Virus record (IMG/VR): IMGVR_UViG_3300026187_000072
Coordinates: 1 to 27,875 of that record
Reading direction: 5' to 3' (one strand)
Source: a virus
Lineage: Duplodnaviria > Caudoviricetes
DNA length: 27,875 bases
Positions 24,178 through 27,875 of the stretch are shown here, in pieces. The notes beneath the pieces are model-generated. The model did no database searches. It was given only the letters and a program-made list of their open reading frames with translations, and had not been told where the DNA came from. A program made the translations under genes and the position numbers. Position 1 is the stretch's first letter. The number at the start of each line of letters is the position of its first letter.

Positions 24178-26495
24178 GTGGGCATGTAGCTAAGATGAGG
24201 GAGTGGGGACGGACGCAGTACCGTAACCGACAAGCCAAGCTGAGGCAGGAGGGGGAGAGTAGTCACACAGCATCGTGTAAGCGTATGTTGCAGAGTATGT
24301 GCCCGAAGTTAGGTGACCGTGTCAAGCACATCATCGATCAGTTCTCCGGTCCAGGATACACGACACCACTTTACCTGACCTTTGTCATGGATATGTGTCC
24401 GTATGAGATTGCTGTTATTGCTTTGCGTACCTTCCTCAACAACTTAGACAACCACTTAGCGATTGGTAAGATGGGGTACAGGATTGGAAAAGCATTTGAG
24501 AATGAAGCTCGGTGGAAGTATGCATTGGAGAACCTGAGTCTTAACAAACAAGACTTGTTAGCTATACCTGACCGTAAGAAACAGAGTAAGATCAAGCAGT
24601 TTTATAAGTATGAAGATGTCCGTTTTGAATTGTGGCATCACAAGGCTAAGGTTGGTTTAGGATTGTGGTTGTTGGAGGAGATACGCCAGCAAACTGGTCT
24701 GTTCAAAGTGGGTATGCGTGATAGTGTGAGCAGTAAGATGCCTGAACGCTTTGTATTACCTACTACTGAGTTTAAAGATTGGATACATCGCTTTGATAAG
24801 TGGAAGGAGGCGGGGCAAGTATTTAAGATGGCATTACCTGACCGACCTGTTGAGTGGCACGGATTGATGGGTGGTGGATACGATATAGAACAACTGCCTC
24901 CACAGACTTTCTTCACGGGGAAACCTGTTGAGTGGTTTGAAGGGAATAACTACGACCATGTCATGTCTGCTGTTAATAAACTTCAGAAGGTGGAGTGGCA
25001 GATCAATACGGATATGTTAGATATTACATTGAAGTGTTGGGAGAATGAGAGAGTAGTAGGAAACATTCCTAACTTTGGAGAGATACCAGAGCAACCATAC
25101 TATACAGGTGGCGATGAACAGGAGTTGAGTGTTTGGAAGTTAAAACAAAAAGATATTAAACAGACCAACGCTAGTAACAGCTCTAAAAGATACCAAGCTT
25201 GTCGTGTTTTACACTTAGCTAAGATGTACAGTAAGTGGGACAAGTTATACTTTCCGTATCGTTGTGATTACAGGGGTAGAGTGTACGCTATTCCGTACTA
25301 CTTACATCCACAAGGTTCCGATTTAGCTAAGAGTTTGTTAGACTTTAAGAATGGTCAGCAAGTAGTGGATGAGGAGGATGTTATGTCGATATTTGTCCAC
25401 GGTGCGAACATGTGGGGAGTAAAAGGTACACGGGATGAACGTATTGAGTGGGTAGGTAAGAGACAGAATTTTATCCTTGAAGCAGCGAATGATCCACACG
25501 GAAGCGATTGGTGGACGGAAGCTAGTGATCCGTTTTGTTTCCTGAGATTCTGTTTAGAGTTTAAGAAGTTTACGGAGGAAGGGTACGGATATGTTAGCTA
25601 TCTACCTGTTCGTCAGGACTGTAGTAATAATGGTATGCAGATACTGAGTTTGTTATTACGAGACAAAGACACGGGACGGATGTGTAACCTGGTAGAAGAA
25701 GACAAAGCTAATGATATGTATCAATATGTAGCAGATCGTATACACAATGAGCTAGTAAAAGATGGTGGTGTTATAGCTAAGACTTGGATGCAGTACGGTA
25801 TCAAAAGAAAGATAGCTAAGATGGCAGTGATGAACCGCCCGTACGGAGCTACTAGTTATAACTTGGTACAGGATTTATTTAAAAGTATAGGAGTTAATCA
25901 TCCGTGGAGTAGTACAGGCGAGATGTTAACTGCTGTTATATGGATCAGTAATATCATTAACACGATAGCTGATGAAGTGTGTGAACCAGTGAAGAAAGTG
26001 ATGAGGTATTTACGAGATACTATCAAATGCTTACCTAACGAAAACGGTATTACTTGGACTACACCTACAGGATTTAAAGTTAAACAGAAATTCCGTAAGT
26101 ACAAGAAGGTAGATTTAGAATCTGTATTTGATAACACTACTGTATATGTACGCACTCACACTGAGACGGATGAGGTAGATACCAAGCACCACGGCAACGC
26201 AGTGACTGCTAACTTTATCCACAGCTTAGACGCTTGCATCGTACATCAAGTTGCTAATGAGGTTGACTTTGACTTGGCTACTATACATGACTGCTTTGTG
26301 ACCCACGCTTGTAATGTACGAAGAATGAATACAATTGTACGAGAAACATATGCAAAGACATTTTCTGTTGATCTCCTGACTGAGTTCCGAATGGAGCAAA
26401 TCAACAACAACCCGACCGCAGAACTTCCATCCGTGCCGGAGCTTGGAGACTTAGATGTCTCCGCAGTAAAGCGTATGAAGTATCTGTTGTCTTAA
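24174..26495 (+). CDS. gp1: T7-like single-subunit DNA-directed RNA polymerase
   Basis: D-RGRVY, PQGSD--K-LL, motif A QDCSNNGMQ, motif B RKIAKMAVMNRPYG, NFIHSLDA, motif C IHDCF. Confidence 0.97.
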   Translation: MSGHVAKMREWGRTQYRNRQAKLRQEGESSHTASCKRMLQSMCPKLGDRVKHIIDQFSGPGYTTPLYLTFVMDMCPYEIAVIALRTFLNNLDNHLAIGKMGYRIGKAFENEARWKYALENLSLNKQDLLAIPDRKKQSKIKQFYKYEDVRFELWHHKAKVGLGLWLLEEIRQQTGLFKVGMRDSVSSKMPERFVLPTTEFKDWIHRFDKWKEAGQVFKMALPDRPVEWHGLMGGGYDIEQLPPQTFFTGKPVEWFEGNNYDHVMSAVNKLQKVEWQINTDMLDITLKCWENERVVGNIPNFGEIPEQPYYTGGDEQELSVWKLKQKDIKQTNASNSSKRYQACRVLHLAKMYSKWDKLYFPYRCDYRGRVYAIPYYLHPQGSDLAKSLLDFKNGQQVVDEEDVMSIFVHGANMWGVKGTRDERIEWVGKRQNFILEAANDPHGSDWWTEASDPFCFLRFCLEFKKFTEEGYGYVSYLPVRQDCSNNGMQILSLLLRDKDTGRMCNLVEEDKANDMYQYVADRIHNELVKDGGVIAKTWMQYGIKRKIAKMAVMNRPYGATSYNLVQDLFKSIGVNHPWSSTGEMLTAVIWISNIINTIADEVCEPVKKVMRYLRDTIKCLPNENGITWTTPTGFKVKQKFRKYKKVDLESVFDNTTVYVRTHTETDEVDTKHHGNAVTANFIHSLDACIVHQVANEVDFDLATIHDCFVTHACNVRRMNTIVRETYAKTFSVDLLTEFRMEQINNNPTAELPSVPELGDLDVSAVKRMKYLLS

Positions 26496-26516
26496 CAACC
26501 AAATACTAAATGAAAT

Positions 26517-26768
26517 GTGAGTAGAAAAAGTAAAACACTAACAGAAGAACAGAAAAAACAAGTGAGGTTAAATCCACCATTCATGCTTAATAGTTTTGAA
26601 GTAGCTGCATTGACAAATAAAAATGTCAAGTCAGTTAGGGAATGGATGAATGAGCCTGATTTTCCGTTATTGCGTGGTCCAGCTAAGAACTCTGAGATGC
26701 ATGTACTTAGAGATGAGTTAGTAAATTGGATGACGAAAAGAAATAAAAAAGCAGAAGTTACTGCATAA
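26517..26768 (+). CDS. Xis/AlpA/MerR-like helix-turn-helix DNA-binding protein
   Basis: L---EVA-L-------VREW-----FP ... V-RDEL--W pattern; GTG start. Confidence 0.6.
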   Translation: MSRKSKTLTEEQKKQVRLNPPFMLNSFEVAALTNKNVKSVREWMNEPDFPLLRGPAKNSEMHVLRDELVNWMTKRNKKAEVTA

Positions 26769-26785
26769 CACCGATAGATAAAACA

Positions 26786-27415
26786 ATGAGTATAAAAGCA
26801 CGAAAGAAACACGAGATTATTAAAGCTAAAGGAGTGGCTAAGTACTGTCACTTAAATGAACCAAACAAAAAGTTTGATCCAGAGTTTGGTGTGTACAGCT
26901 GTGATCTCATCATCGATAAAGCACAAGCAGACGCTATCAAACAGCAGCTTCGTCCGTTGTACGAGGAAGAGCTAAGAGCAACACAAGAAGCTAATCCTGG
27001 TAAAGGTATCACACAGCGTGAGTTTCCGATTGAGGAAGTGGATGGTGGATTCTTAATTAAAGCAAAGATCAAAGCTGGAGGACGACGCAAAGATGGTGAA
27101 GTATATCACATGTCGATTGCACTGTACGATTCCCAAGGTAAACATCTTGATCCGGAAGTAAAAGTCTGGGGTGGTAGTACAGTAAATGTAGCTTTCCGTC
27201 CGAGGTTTTGGTACACAGCATCAATGGGTTTCGGAGTTACCTTTGATCTGCAAGCAGTACAAGTCCTACAATTGGGAGAAGGTGGAGTATCCAGCATCGC
27301 AGCATCTGCATTTGGATTCACTACTGAAGAAGAAGGATTTGTTAATGGCGGTGAAAACTTAGAGGGTGGATTCGATGCGGAAGAAACGGAAGAAGAGGTC
27401 ATCGCCAACTTCTAA
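26786..27415 (+). CDS. gp2.5: Single-stranded DNA-binding protein (T7 gp2.5-like)
   Basis: G-AKY-HL-EP--KF, YDSQGK, VWGGS, GV---LQAVQV--L, acidic tail ending in F. Confidence 0.92.
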   Translation: MSIKARKKHEIIKAKGVAKYCHLNEPNKKFDPEFGVYSCDLIIDKAQADAIKQQLRPLYEEELRATQEANPGKGITQREFPIEEVDGGFLIKAKIKAGGRRKDGEVYHMSIALYDSQGKHLDPEVKVWGGSTVNVAFRPRFWYTASMGFGVTFDLQAVQVLQLGEGGVSSIAASAFGFTTEEEGFVNGGENLEGGFDAEETEEEVIANF

Positions 27416-27875
27416 GTACCGCTCTGGATTCGAACAAACCTTAGCTAACCAGCTACAGCGTAGTGGTGTTGCCTTTGAGTACGAAACAATCAAGTTAGAG
27501 TATCAGAAGATAGCTACTTACACTCCCGACTTCATACTACCTAACGGCATCATCATTGAAGCTAAAGGTGTGTGGACGGTGGAGGATCGAACGAAGCATT
27601 TACTAGTACGAGAACAACATCCACACCTAGACATCCGTCTCGTATTTATGAATGCTTACAATAAGATTCGGAAAGGAAGCAACACCACATACGCTCGTTG
27701 GTGCGAAAAGAAAAACATAATATATGCAAATAAACAAATACCGAAATCATGGCTTTCACCAACACACACCAACCCTGCCCTAAGTGCGGATCAAGTGATG
27801 CAAGAGCCACTAACGACGACGGAAGCTGGCATTGTTTCAGCTGTAACCGTCACGATGGAGGAGGAGGACGAGTGA
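27366..27875 (+). CDS. gp3: Endonuclease I / Holliday junction resolvase (T7 gp3-like)
   Basis: YRSGFE, YTPDFILPNGIIIEAKG, DR-KHLLV-EQHP-LDIR-VF, Y--WCEK, IP-SWL; start may be the ATG at 27375; TGA at 27873-27875. Confidence 0.95.
   Translation: MDSMRKKRKKRSSPTSKYRSGFEQTLANQLQRSGVAFEYETIKLEYQKIATYTPDFILPNGIIIEAKGVWTVEDRTKHLLVREQHPHLDIRLVFMNAYNKIRKGSNTTYARWCEKKNIIYANKQIPKSWLSPTHTNPALSADQVMQEPLTTTEAGIVSAVTVTMEEEDE
27749..27875 (+). CDS. gp4: Primase-helicase N-terminal zinc-binding domain (T7 gp4-like), partial; not in ORF track
   Basis: MAFTNTHQPCPKCGSSDARATNDDGSWHCFSCNRHDGGGGRV...: H-PC--CGSSD...DG--HCF-C Cys4 zinc ribbon. Confidence 0.9.
   Translation, partial: MAFTNTHQPCPKCGSSDARATNDDGSWHCFSCNRHDGGGGRV

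Noticed and set aside
21882-25680. Recurring GGACG(G) motif in early genes
   Set aside because: Fewer copies than ACCGA and present on both strands; enrichment not convincing without computation
26492-27408. Minus-strand ORFs opposite the HTH and SSB genes
   Set aside because: Antisense to recognisable + strand genes

Overview
The window is about 28 kb of a T7-like podovirus genome (Autographiviridae architecture), with all credible genes on the + strand. It is circularly permuted across the probable genome-end junction. Late genes: 3' tip of the major capsid gene, Tphi-position hairpin, tail tube A/B, gp13-gp16-like internal virion proteins, tail fibre, holin-like protein, tiny basic ORFs, a cluster of related fibre/decoration proteins, small terminase, HNH endonuclease, large terminase. 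A mostly non-coding end/control region follows (about 19.8-21.4 kb). After it come small early ORFs, a second HNH, single-subunit RNA polymerase, a Xis/AlpA-like HTH protein, gp2.5 SSB, gp3 endonuclease I and the start of gp4 primase-helicase. No integrase or endolysin is visible in the window. Most notable signals: (1) a 28-bp XerCD dif-like site with a KOPS octamer pointing at its XerD arm, next to an RHH-like ORF, suggesting use of host Xer/FtsK; (2) a double 7-1-7 Fur-box-like operator upstream of the first early promoter; (3) strand-biased clustering of (A)ACCGA in the early region; (4) two different HNH nucleases sharing one unrecognised N-terminal domain. All calls are from reading the sequence and recalling family motifs; no searches were run and the host is unknown.
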